Shown piece after piece: positions 1-8,532 of a DNA stretch of 34,611 nt. The notes below the pieces were generated by a model that saw only the letters and a program-made list of their open reading frames with translations, ran no database searches and was not told the DNA's origin. Every line of letters starts with the position of its first letter. Position 1 is the stretch's first letter. The translations under genes and the position numbers were made by a program. The stretch comes from Candidatus Moraniibacteriota bacterium (GTDB taxonomy: Bacteria; Patescibacteriota; Minisyncoccia; CAIUEV01): NCBI GenBank assembly GCA_016867255.1, contig VGKB01000003.1, positions 1 through 34,611 on the forward strand, written 5' to 3'.

Positions 1-105
1 GGCCACAAATTCGGCGTGACCCGAGAGAGAATTCGCCAAATTGAGGCCAAGGCGCTTGACCGCTTGAGAAAACATAATGTTTCAAACAAACTCAAAGATT
101 TTTAA
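1..105 (+). CDS. rpoD: RNA polymerase primary sigma factor, C-terminal fragment (region 4.2), 5' truncated by the window edge
   Basis: Manual translation of frame 1 gives [34 protein letters not shown], containing the sigma70 HTH signature [13 protein letters not shown]. Confidence 0.9.
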   Translation, partial: GHKFGVTRERIRQIEAKALDRLRKHNVSNKLKDF

Positions 106-148
106 TAAGTCTTATAGGGCATATATGACCTATAAGACTTATTAAAAA
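99..148. terminator. 20-bp perfect inverted repeat after rpoD, probable terminator
   Basis: tttttaataagtcttatagg (99-118) is the reverse complement of cctataagacttattaaaaa (129-148). Confidence 0.6.
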
Positions 149-167
149 GGACTTATTAAAAAATAAA

Positions 168-620
168 ATGTCAAAATCCAAAGCCAAAAACAAAAATAGG
201 GGTTTCACACTGATTGAGATGATCGTGGTTATTGGCGTTATTGGCCTGCTAACCACAATGATCTTGGTGTCCGTGGGCAGAATAAGGAAAAATTCCATTG
301 ACACTAGGAGAAAATCTAACATTGAAAATGTGCGCGGAGCCATTACGATGTATTATGCCGCCAAGAGCGCTTGGCCGAGCATTTCCAGCGGGTGGAGCGG
401 GTTGATTACTGATTTGTCGGATGGGGGATATATTTCTGATAACATTCCGGCGGACGAAGATGGCGACGGAGTGAATGATTATTCGGTGTGTTCTTGCTCC
501 TCGTGCAGCCCGGCTTGCAGTAGCGCGAGCGTCCAAATGAAGCTTTGCACCAGCTGTATGGTTGAAGACGGGGAGGGTTGTTCGGGCACTCCCAGTAAAT
601 ATTGTCTGGAAGTAAAGTGA
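168..620 (+). CDS. Type IV pilin / pseudopilin with prepilin cleavage-methylation motif
   Basis: Basic leader followed by G|FTLIEMIVVIGVIGLL; Cys-rich C-terminus. Confidence 0.9.
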   Translation: MSKSKAKNKNRGFTLIEMIVVIGVIGLLTTMILVSVGRIRKNSIDTRRKSNIENVRGAITMYYAAKSAWPSISSGWSGLITDLSDGGYISDNIPADEDGDGVNDYSVCSCSSCSPACSSASVQMKLCTSCMVEDGEGCSGTPSKYCLEVK

Positions 621-649
621 CACTAGCCCACTGATTGCGCAAAAACAGT

Positions 650-678
650 TTGACAATCTTGAAATATTATTTTAATTT
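650..678 (+). promoter_or_regulatory. Putative sigma70 promoter for khpA
   Basis: TTGACA (650-655), 17-nt spacer, TAATTT (673-678; fits TAnnnT). Confidence 0.5.
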
Positions 679-748
679 CAAACCAGATAAATTGAGCACA
701 TTGCCAAAAAGGCAACATAGTGAAGGATAATCATTAAATTAAGAAAAG

Positions 749-1108
749 ATGACCGCAGCAACACCGAAAGACGCAGACTTCGTGGAGTACGTGGTTAAAT
801 CCATCGTGGACCACCCCGACGAAGTTAAAGCCGAGCGTAAGGTAGATGAAATGGGAGTATTAATTACTCTCCATGTTCACGCCGAAGATATGGGCATGGT
901 GATCGGAAGGGATGGTTCAACCGCCAAAGCTCTCCGCACTTTGCTTCGCGTGGTGGGAGCCCGCAATAACGCCCGGGTTAACCTTAAGATTAGCGAGCCG
1001 GAAGGCGGCAAGAGGGCCAGGAAATTTGAAAGAGGGGAAGAGGAAAGAGGGGGACGGAAGGAGAAAAAAACTGATATTGAAGAAGTGGTAAATGATTTAA
1101 AACTGTAA
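749..1108 (+). CDS. khpA: KH-domain RNA-binding protein (KhpA/YlqC family)
   Basis: VKSIVDHPDEV...DMGMVIGRDGSTAKALRTLL, with the KH GxxG loop. Confidence 0.9.
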   Translation: MTAATPKDADFVEYVVKSIVDHPDEVKAERKVDEMGVLITLHVHAEDMGMVIGRDGSTAKALRTLLRVVGARNNARVNLKISEPEGGKRARKFERGEEERGGRKEKKTDIEEVVNDLKL

Positions 1109-1274
1109 AATTAAGTGCTTGGTTTTAGTTACCAAGGCGGAAAGCGGAGAATGTTTCTTGTCTTCACTTGGTAACTTTATACTTAGTACTTAATATTCAA
1201 TTGCTTTTCGCGAATATTAAAAAAATCAATTATTATAATATAATTAAACAGTAATAATTAAACCTAAGAAAAAA

Positions 1275-1625
1275 ATGCAAAAAAAGAAAAACAAAATGAA
1301 GGAGAAGCTGAACAGTTTGCTTAGTTTGGTGCCAGTGGCGAGCGCTGACATTACCGATGCCGCGAGCAAGGCCCGGGGGGTGGCTAAAAAAGCGGACGTG
1401 GTGGAGATGCTTTTAACCATTATTAACTACGCTTTAATTGTCCTTGGCGTGCTGGCAGTGGCGGTATTTATTTACGCGGGGTTTTTATATTTGACGGCGG
1501 CGGGAGTGCAGGAGAAGATTGATAAAGCCAAAAATACTTTGCTGTACGCCGTTATTGGTATTGTGGTGGCAGTTTTGGGATTTGTGGCAGTGGCAACCGT
1601 CCAGCGGTTTATTGTTCAAGGATAA
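1275..1625 (+). CDS. TrbC/VirB2-like pilin
   Basis: Two hydrophobic helices joined by FIYAGFLYLTAAG..EKIDKAKNTLLYAVIG. Confidence 0.8.
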   Translation: MQKKKNKMKEKLNSLLSLVPVASADITDAASKARGVAKKADVVEMLLTIINYALIVLGVLAVAVFIYAGFLYLTAAGVQEKIDKAKNTLLYAVIGIVVAVLGFVAVATVQRFIVQG

Positions 1626-1661
1626 AATTTCTCGTTTTTTCTAAAAAGAAAAAAGAATAAA

Positions 1662-1889
1662 ATGGCGGATGACGGTCTGGTGCTAATAAAAACTCTGTTT
1701 GTCTGGGTGTCGGTTTTGGTTGGGATGCTGGGCGTGGTAATGATCGCGGTAGCAATTTTTTTGTACCTAATTGCCGCGGGAGAGGAGCCAAAAATGAAAA
1801 AAGCCCACGGGATGTTGTGGGGCGGGATTGGTTGCTTAATTGGAGCATTTGCGATGTATGCAATTGGATCAATCTTTAATTATTCTTAA
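1662..1889 (+). CDS. Short TrbC/VirB2-like pilin
   Basis: FLYLIAAGEEPKMKKAHGMLWGGIG between two TM segments; paralogous to its neighbours. Confidence 0.7.
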   Translation: MADDGLVLIKTLFVWVSVLVGMLGVVMIAVAIFLYLIAAGEEPKMKKAHGMLWGGIGCLIGAFAMYAIGSIFNYS

Positions 1890-1899
1890 TTCTTAATTA

Positions 1900-2397
1900 T
1901 TGTCGGTGGTAAAAAAAATCAAAAAACTGTTGCTGGTGGGGGTGCCTTTTGGCGGAATAATTTTTTATACGGTTGCGCTGGCGGCCGCTTCTCAGGAAGG
2001 ATGGGATCCGGACGCCCTGGCGGGCTCTATTGGGGGAAAAGGGCTTTCCACCCGCAGCGTGTCTGAGATTTTACTCTCGGTCATTGATTGGGCGCTTATA
2101 ATAATTGGGCTGTTGGGAGTTTTAACTTTTATTTACGCGGGGTATTTGTATTTGACCGCCCAAGGGGAGGAGGATAAGATTAGCACGGCTAAGAGAGTGG
2201 TTATCTGGGCGGTTGCGGGAATAGCAGTCGCGGTGTTGGGTTTCGTGGTGGTAAAAACCATAAACGATCTTTTGGTGGGTGGAGGATCTTCCGGCGCCGG
2301 CGGCGGCGGAGCCGGACCGGGAATGGGCGCTCCCACGGAGCCGGCCGCTCCTCCCAGCGGGTCATTGCCTGCGACGCAAGAGATGGTGGGACAGTAA
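1900..2397 (+). CDS. TrbC/VirB2-like pilin with Gly/Pro-rich tail
   Basis: Signal-like N-terminus; FIYAGYLYLTAQGEEDKISTAKRVVIWAVAG; start codon uncertain (TTG). Confidence 0.8.
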   Translation: MSVVKKIKKLLLVGVPFGGIIFYTVALAAASQEGWDPDALAGSIGGKGLSTRSVSEILLSVIDWALIIIGLLGVLTFIYAGYLYLTAQGEEDKISTAKRVVIWAVAGIAVAVLGFVVVKTINDLLVGGGSSGAGGGGAGPGMGAPTEPAAPPSGSLPATQEMVGQ

Positions 2398-2461
2398 AAG
2401 TTTAAAAATAAAAATTTTGAATTTAAAGCGGGGCGACAATTCAAGCCAATAATTATCCTTA

Positions 2462-2815
2462 ATGAAACTGAACCTAAAAAGCAGATTAACGAAGAAAGTT
2501 TTGATGTGGGAAAGCGTTATGGGGCCGTGGACGGGAGTGGGTAATTTACCCGATCCGGGCGGAGAGGGTGGGGGGCATCCAATCGCGGCAGTGCTGACTC
2601 GTGTGCTGAACTGGCTTTTGGTGATTTTTGGGCTGTTGGCGCTAATATGTTTTATCGCGGCAGGGTTTCTTTATCTGACGGCCCGGGGCGACCGGGGACG
2701 GATTGAAAAAGCCCATAAAGCAATCCTGTACGGGGTAATCGGCGTAGTGGTTGGGCTTATTGGGATGGTGGCGGTAAAGACGATTGATTCGCTGCTGCGG
2801 GGAGGAGGACAGTGA
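2462..2815 (+). CDS. TrbC/VirB2-like pilin
   Basis: FIAAGFLYLTARGDRGRIEKAHKAILYGVIG between two TM helices. Confidence 0.8.
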   Translation: MKLNLKSRLTKKVLMWESVMGPWTGVGNLPDPGGEGGGHPIAAVLTRVLNWLLVIFGLLALICFIAAGFLYLTARGDRGRIEKAHKAILYGVIGVVVGLIGMVAVKTIDSLLRGGGQ

Positions 2816-2849
2816 AAAGTGAAAATTGATAAGTATTGAAAGTTAATTT

Positions 2850-3182
2850 ATGTTTATGGCTAAAGAAATTGGTGACAATGACTTCAAGTCGGAGATAGAA
2901 GATTATAAAGGATTGGCGCTGGTGGATTTTTGGGCGCCGTGGTGCGGCCCCTGCCGCGAAATGGGACTAATAATCAATGAGTTGGCCGAAGAATATTCCG
3001 CGAAAATTAAAATAATTAAGTTGAACGTTGACGAAAGTCAGGAAATTGCCTCAAAGTTTGCGGTAATGTCAATCCCCACGCTGATTTTTTTCCGGGACGG
3101 AAAGGAGATTTTAAGAAAGATTGGATTGCAGGCAAAGGAAGAAATTATTAAAATCATTGAGAAAGAAAAAGCTGATAAATAG
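2850..3182 (+). CDS. trxA: Thioredoxin
   Basis: VDFWAPWCGPC active site; SIPTL cis-Pro motif. Confidence 0.95.
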   Translation: MFMAKEIGDNDFKSEIEDYKGLALVDFWAPWCGPCREMGLIINELAEEYSAKIKIIKLNVDESQEIASKFAVMSIPTLIFFRDGKEILRKIGLQAKEEIIKIIEKEKADK

Positions 3183-3217
3183 AAAAAGTGGAAGATAAAA
3201 ACAGGTGCAAATAAATA

Positions 3218-3254
3218 ACATAGAGACGGGGAGAGCCCGTCTCTATGTGTTTTT
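3218..3254 (+). terminator. Rho-independent terminator after trxA
   Basis: 13-bp perfect stem acatagagacggg / cccgtctctatgt, 5-nt loop, followed by gttttt. Confidence 0.8.
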
Positions 3255-3304
3255 AAATAATTTGTATATAATGAGAAGCAACTGTTTTACCCGCCTGCCA
3301 AAGT

Positions 3305-3376
3305 GCCGCTTTAGCTCAATGGCAGAGCAACTGTTTTGTAAACAGTAGGTTGTCGGTTCAAATCCGACAAGCGGCT
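3305..3376 (+). tRNA. tRNA-Thr(TGT); CCA not encoded
   Basis: Cloverleaf: acceptor GCCGCTT/AAGCGGC, anticodon arm ACTGT-TT-TGT-AA-ACAGT, T arm GTCGG-TTCAAAT-CCGAC. Confidence 0.95.
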
Positions 3377-3470
3377 CAACAGTTAATCCATCAAGTTTTT
3401 TAAGTTTATAAAGTTTGTTAAGAAAGAGTCAGCAGTTTAAAATTATTCTCCCCCTTGATGAACTAATTAT

Positions 3471-5249
3471 ATGTCAAAACAAATCATTACTCCCCAGATG
3501 GATTATTTTCTGGATGTTTTAGAGCAGGAAGCCAAGAAAAAGAAAGACACTAAACAAACCATATTTAAATTGGAAACTTCCGATGTTGCCGGGCAGATGG
3601 CTCTTTGGTATGAAAAAGTCCGCACGGCCGTGCAGTATAAAGAAGAGCACTTACTGCGGCGGACGGCGATGTATCGTATCCTAAAAAGGTTAATTCTTTT
3701 TGAACAGCGGCGCAAGAAGAGGGAAATCACCATGGCGTTGTTTGTTGAACTGGTCCTGGCCGGCTATCTGCAAAACAAAGACGCAAATGACGATAATTTT
3801 GAGAAGACCGAAAAGATAGTTCAGCGCCACTTGAAAGCAATCGGGTATTTGGGAAAACTGGTTAAAAATCCGGCGGAATCAATGGAAACAAGGCGCTGGT
3901 TGATTAATTTGCTTTCAGAGGAGATTGAGAGTCTTATTAATCCCCAGCGAGAGAAAATGGCTTTTATTTTTGCCGTTTATGAAACTTTGAGGCAGAGAAT
4001 AAATTTTATCCTTGAAAAACCACCCTTTCCTCTTCCTGGGTCAAAATCCGGAGGGCTGCACAGCGTGGCGGAGGAATATCTGGGAGTGGGGTCTTTGGTG
4101 GAGCCGATAGCTGAAAGTTTTTCACCGAGCGAGAAGGTGGAAGAGAATAGCAGAAGTTTAAGGGAAAAAGAAAAAATCCTGAATTTAGTCACCTATCTTG
4201 CGATTTTTCGCAATCTAAGGCGCTCTGACCGGGTAATGCTTCGGTCGTTAATTTTCAATGTTTATTTCCCCGCCTGGAATGATTTGGACCCTCTTGACGA
4301 CGAAAAGATTCATTACATAATGAAAAAATTTCTAAGAAAGAGAAGAGAGATTGGAATTATTGCGGAGCATCCGCTGGTGCCAAGAATCCTTTTCCCCGTA
4401 AAGAAATATATGCTTTGTTCCTCTTTTTTGTTTGATGCTTTGATAGGCAATCCCAAGGAAGCCCGGAGTATAGTCTCTCAAGAATTTTTGCTGCATCAGC
4501 AAATTAGAGAAAAATGCAACGTTCGCTACGCCAAGGAAAAAGGAAAATTGAGGAAGAGAATTATCCGGGGCTTTATTTACGTCTTTCTCACTAAGATGCT
4601 GGTGGCGATAATTTTGGAAATTCCTTACGAATATCTCAAGAGTACTGGAGGGGTGCAGTATCGTTCATTGTTAATCAACTTGCTGTTTCCTCCCTTCCTC
4701 TTGACCGCCATTGCGTCTTCGGCGCGGCAGCCCAGCGAGGAAAACACCAAAGAAATTATAAAAGGAGTGGAGACGCTTGTGTACAAGGCCAAACAGGAAG
4801 AGGAGCTGCGTGAAATCAGGGTTACCGACAGGGAAAGCGCTTGGGCGGAAAGGATATTAGACCTGTTTTACGTGATAGTATTTGTCGGAATGTTTTTTTT
4901 GTTGATAAAATTACTCAATATCCTGGATTTTAACGCGGTGGCGGCAGTGATATTCGTAATTTTTGCCGGGACGGTCAGCTTTTTTGGCGCTTTAATCCGC
5001 CAATCAACCAGAGATTTAGTGATAACTAAAGACAAGGAGGGATTTTTCAGTCTGGTATTTGACACTGTCTTACTGCCTTTTGTGAGATTTGGCCGGTTGC
5101 TTTCCGTAAAGTTTTCCCGAATCAACGTCTTCATTTTTCTGTTGGATTTTTTAATAGAGGCCCCTTTTAAGTTTATCATTAGAGCTTTTGAAGCTTGGAT
5201 AGATTTTTTGCGGCGCAAGAGGGATGAAATAGAAAGACAGATTGATTAA
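3471..5249 (+). CDS. Hypothetical membrane protein (large soluble N-terminal domain plus several C-terminal TM helices)
   Basis: 592-aa ORF with hydrophobic segments in the last ~230 aa; no catalytic motif recognised. Confidence 0.75.
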   Translation: MSKQIITPQMDYFLDVLEQEAKKKKDTKQTIFKLETSDVAGQMALWYEKVRTAVQYKEEHLLRRTAMYRILKRLILFEQRRKKREITMALFVELVLAGYLQNKDANDDNFEKTEKIVQRHLKAIGYLGKLVKNPAESMETRRWLINLLSEEIESLINPQREKMAFIFAVYETLRQRINFILEKPPFPLPGSKSGGLHSVAEEYLGVGSLVEPIAESFSPSEKVEENSRSLREKEKILNLVTYLAIFRNLRRSDRVMLRSLIFNVYFPAWNDLDPLDDEKIHYIMKKFLRKRREIGIIAEHPLVPRILFPVKKYMLCSSFLFDALIGNPKEARSIVSQEFLLHQQIREKCNVRYAKEKGKLRKRIIRGFIYVFLTKMLVAIILEIPYEYLKSTGGVQYRSLLINLLFPPFLLTAIASSARQPSEENTKEIIKGVETLVYKAKQEEELREIRVTDRESAWAERILDLFYVIVFVGMFFLLIKLLNILDFNAVAAVIFVIFAGTVSFFGALIRQSTRDLVITKDKEGFFSLVFDTVLLPFVRFGRLLSVKFSRINVFIFLLDFLIEAPFKFIIRAFEAWIDFLRRKRDEIERQID

Positions 5250-5302
5250 AGAAGAAAAGGATTTAACAATCGCTGATTTTCCTAATTTTTAATTATATTG
5301 CT

Positions 5303-5947
5303 ATGCAAAACTATGACAACGATGGAGGGAAAACTAATGTAATCATTGCGCTTATTGTGCTGCTGCTTATCATTACAGGGTTTGTGGCTTACAAAAAAGG
5401 GATTTTTACCGGTCCGGCAAGCAGCGTCAAGGAACCTCCAGTCGTTAGGGAGAACAGGAATGACAACGCCGCTTCTAGCCCGAATCAATCAGAGTCAAAC
5501 GATAACGAAGAAGTTGACTATGCCGATGATGCCATTTCGGACCTTGCCGATGAAGGAAAAAGAAGCCCGGAAAAAGCGGACGAATCTCTGAGACAGAGGG
5601 TTATTGATTTCGTTATGGATAACCTGAACAAACTTGTCCCTCCTCCCAAGGATGATAAATGGGATATCCCATTGTTTTATTTTGTCGGCAACAGCAATAT
5701 CTATCTGGAACTGTATGGGTACGACACGGAATTAACTGGGTTAAAGTTGCTTTATAAGGTGGAAAAAGACGGAGAGAAATTTAAGCTCACCGAATTAGCC
5801 CGCTATAAAGAAGGAAAGGAAGATTGGACTCTGGTCTCCGGGACTGATTCTTTCAGTGATTACATAATAGAAGAATATGGTTTCGACGAAGAAACGAACA
5901 AATGGGAAAAAACTGATGAATTTGTTGACGAATCAAGTTTTGAATAA
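5303..5947 (+). CDS. Hypothetical membrane-anchored acidic protein
   Basis: Single N-terminal TM helix (VIIALIVLLLIITGFVAY) followed by a D/E-rich domain. Confidence 0.7.
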   Translation: MQNYDNDGGKTNVIIALIVLLLIITGFVAYKKGIFTGPASSVKEPPVVRENRNDNAASSPNQSESNDNEEVDYADDAISDLADEGKRSPEKADESLRQRVIDFVMDNLNKLVPPPKDDKWDIPLFYFVGNSNIYLELYGYDTELTGLKLLYKVEKDGEKFKLTELARYKEGKEDWTLVSGTDSFSDYIIEEYGFDEETNKWEKTDEFVDESSFE

Positions 5948-5971
5948 AAAATAACAATATAAATTCATTAA

Positions 5972-7789
5972 GTGCCCAAGATTGATATAAAAATAAACCA
6001 CCGTGATTATTCAGTGGAGGAAGGCGCGGGAATTTTAGAATTTTGCCGAAAGCGGGAAATTGATTTGGCCGCTCTTTGCCAGCATCCCGACTTTATTAAA
6101 AGTGAAGCGGTATGCCGCTTATGTCTGGTCAAAGTAAAAACTGGTGGCAGCGGAGAGGAAAATCTGGTCCCGGCCTGTACGCTTTCCGCCGAGGCGGGAA
6201 TGGAAATAATTACCGAGGATGCCGAAATAGCCAAAATAAGAAAGACAATCATTGAACTGCTCTTTCCGGAACACGCGGGTCTCTGCGCTAGCTGTTACCG
6301 AAACTTGAATTGCGAGTTGCAGTCTTTGGCCATGAAATATTCGGTGGATGAATTTCGATTTTTGCCAAAGACGGCGGAGATTGACGATATTGAAGAAAAA
6401 GAAAGATTGTGGGATCGGCTCAGAAGAAGGGTGGTGGATACTGCCAATCCGTCAATTGCGCGAGACAGCTCTAAATGCGTGGAGTGTCGGCGCTGTATAA
6501 AGGCGTGCCGGGAAATTCAGGATGTCAGAGCATTAGAAATTCAGAAAAGAGGTGTATCGTTAAATGTGGGAACGGAATATAACACTCCGCTTGAGTGTAC
6601 CTACTGCGGACAATGTGTGCTTCATTGCCCTACTGCGGCTATTATTGAAAAAAGCGATATCGCCGATGTAATTAAAGCCCTCAAAAAATCCGGAAAATTT
6701 CTAGTGGCCCAGACGGCGCCGGCGGTAAGATTTACTCTGGGGGAGGAATTTGGCTATTTGCCCGGAACGGTAACCACTGGGAAGATGGTCACTGCTCTTA
6801 GAAAGTGCGGTTTTGAATACGTGTTTGACGTTGTTACAGGAGCGGATTTTACAATTGTTGAGGAAGGGACAGAATTAATTAAACGTTTAAAAAATGACGG
6901 AGAAAAGAAACAATTGCCTCAGTTTACCAGCTGTTGCCCGGCTTGGGTTTTGTTTTGCGAACAAAATTATCCTCAAATTTTACCCCACTTGTCTTCCGCC
7001 AGATCTCCTCAGATGATGATGGGGTCTTTAATAAAGAGTTATTGGGCGAAGAAGTTAAAAATAAACCCGGCGGAAATTATTTTAGTTTCAATTATGCCCT
7101 GCGTCGCGAAAAAATACGAGGTCTTAAGGCCGGAATTTATGTCCAAAGGCATAAAGGATGTGGATTTGGTTTTAACCGTGAGAGAGCTTACCCATATAAT
7201 CAAAAGCATGGGCATCTCCTACAACGATCTTCCTGACGGCGATTTTGACCCGGCTCTGGGAATAACGACCGGATCGGGAGTTATCTTTGCCGCAAGCGGC
7301 GGAGTGGCTGAAGCGGCCCTTCGCACCGCTAATTTTTACCTGTCGGGGAGGAGTCTTCCGGATCTGAATTTTAGAAAGGTTCGGGGGATTAGAGGAGTAA
7401 AGGAGACCGAAATAAGGATGGGGGGCAGGAGCGTAAGGATGGCTATCGTGCAAGGTCTAAAAAATGCACGTAAAATTGTAACGATGGCTTTAAAAAATGA
7501 ATGTCCCTACGATTTTGTGGAAGTGATGGCTTGCCCCGGCGGTTGCGTTGGGGGAGGAGGCCAGCCAGTGCCAATCAATAACTCTATTAGAAAGGCAAGA
7601 ATGAAAGCAGTCTATCTAACCGACAAAGCGCTTCCCGTAAGAGAGTCGCACAATAATCCGGTGGTAGAGGAGGTGTACAGGAGCTTCCTTTACGGGCCGG
7701 GAAGCAGAAAGGCGGAAAAATTGCTCCATACTAAATACTGCCCGTATGATTGGAGATTGCGCCGGGAATATTTGCGAGGCAGAGTTTAA
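5972..7789 (+). CDS. hydA: [FeFe]-hydrogenase, group A catalytic subunit with N-terminal FeS domains and fused small subunit
   Basis: H-cluster motifs FTSCCPAW, MPCVAKKYE and EVMACPGGCVGGGGQP; [2Fe-2S] (C..CRLC..PAC), His-ligated cluster (EHAGLCASC..NCELQ), two CxxCxxCxxxC ferredoxin motifs. Confidence 0.95.
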   Translation: MPKIDIKINHRDYSVEEGAGILEFCRKREIDLAALCQHPDFIKSEAVCRLCLVKVKTGGSGEENLVPACTLSAEAGMEIITEDAEIAKIRKTIIELLFPEHAGLCASCYRNLNCELQSLAMKYSVDEFRFLPKTAEIDDIEEKERLWDRLRRRVVDTANPSIARDSSKCVECRRCIKACREIQDVRALEIQKRGVSLNVGTEYNTPLECTYCGQCVLHCPTAAIIEKSDIADVIKALKKSGKFLVAQTAPAVRFTLGEEFGYLPGTVTTGKMVTALRKCGFEYVFDVVTGADFTIVEEGTELIKRLKNDGEKKQLPQFTSCCPAWVLFCEQNYPQILPHLSSARSPQMMMGSLIKSYWAKKLKINPAEIILVSIMPCVAKKYEVLRPEFMSKGIKDVDLVLTVRELTHIIKSMGISYNDLPDGDFDPALGITTGSGVIFAASGGVAEAALRTANFYLSGRSLPDLNFRKVRGIRGVKETEIRMGGRSVRMAIVQGLKNARKIVTMALKNECPYDFVEVMACPGGCVGGGGQPVPINNSIRKARMKAVYLTDKALPVRESHNNPVVEEVYRSFLYGPGSRKAEKLLHTKYCPYDWRLRREYLRGRV

Positions 7790-7805
7790 TTTTTGATACC
7801 CCAAA

Positions 7806-8369
7806 GTGGACATAATTGGCGGGAAAAGCAATAAAAGGTTTTCGCTTGGCCGCTCCCGGGCAAGACAGAAGAGAAGAGAAGAAAAATTTTCTCCGCTGGG
7901 AGCTGGCGGGGAAACATTATTTTGCTGGAAGGCGAAGGAATTTCCTTTTTACAAAAAATCAAAGGGCTGGTTTTTTGCCGGCGGGATAATTTTTTTTCTG
8001 CTGGTGGGTTATTTTACTTACTCAAAACAGTTGATTACCGCGCTAACCTTTCTTTTACTGGGGCTTACTATTTACCTTTTTTCTTTCAAAAAGCCGCGAG
8101 AAATTGATTGTGTTATAACCTACCAATCAATCAGCGTTGACGATACGATCTATCCATTTAAAGAACTTATTTCTTTCTGGACGTTCTATGAGCCTCCCGA
8201 TTTTAAGGTAATCAGTTTGAAACATAAAAAACCTTACCTGCCCTATATCCAAATTCCTTTGGGAAATGAGGATCCCATGAAGATTCGCAGGGTGCTGCTT
8301 AAATATTTGCCTGAAGAGGAGCAGGAAGAACCGTTTAGCGATCGGTTAGCTAGGATTATTCGTTTTTAA
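7806..8369 (+). CDS. Hypothetical membrane protein (two TM helices plus small C-terminal domain)
   Basis: WKAKEFPFYKKSKGWF, two TM segments, then a soluble domain; true start may lie downstream. Confidence 0.7.
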   Translation: MDIIGGKSNKRFSLGRSRARQKRREEKFSPLGAGGETLFCWKAKEFPFYKKSKGWFFAGGIIFFLLVGYFTYSKQLITALTFLLLGLTIYLFSFKKPREIDCVITYQSISVDDTIYPFKELISFWTFYEPPDFKVISLKHKKPYLPYIQIPLGNEDPMKIRRVLLKYLPEEEQEEPFSDRLARIIRF

Positions 8370-8381
8370 ACGTCTAGCGTT

Positions 8382-8507
8382 ATGGCAAAAGACAAAACAT
8401 TTTTGGAAACTTGGCCGGAGGCAGTGTTATTAAAAATTCAGTTCTTGTGGCTGCCATTTGTGGCGATGGTGAAAATAATCCAAAAAATAAGGGAAAAGAA
8501 GAAATGA
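8382..8507 (+). CDS. Small 41-aa peptide absent from the ORF track
   Basis: MAKDKTFLETWPEAVLLKIQFLWLPFVAMVKIIQKIREKKK*; fills the gap between two co-oriented genes. Confidence 0.5.
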   Translation: MAKDKTFLETWPEAVLLKIQFLWLPFVAMVKIIQKIREKKK

Positions 8508-8532
8508 AAAATAATTATTAATTTTAAGATTC

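Noticed and set aside
4015-4170. Pro/Ser/Glu-rich segment in the 592-aa protein as an intein or inserted element
   Set aside because: It has no intein terminal motifs or DNA repeats and is likely a variable linker.
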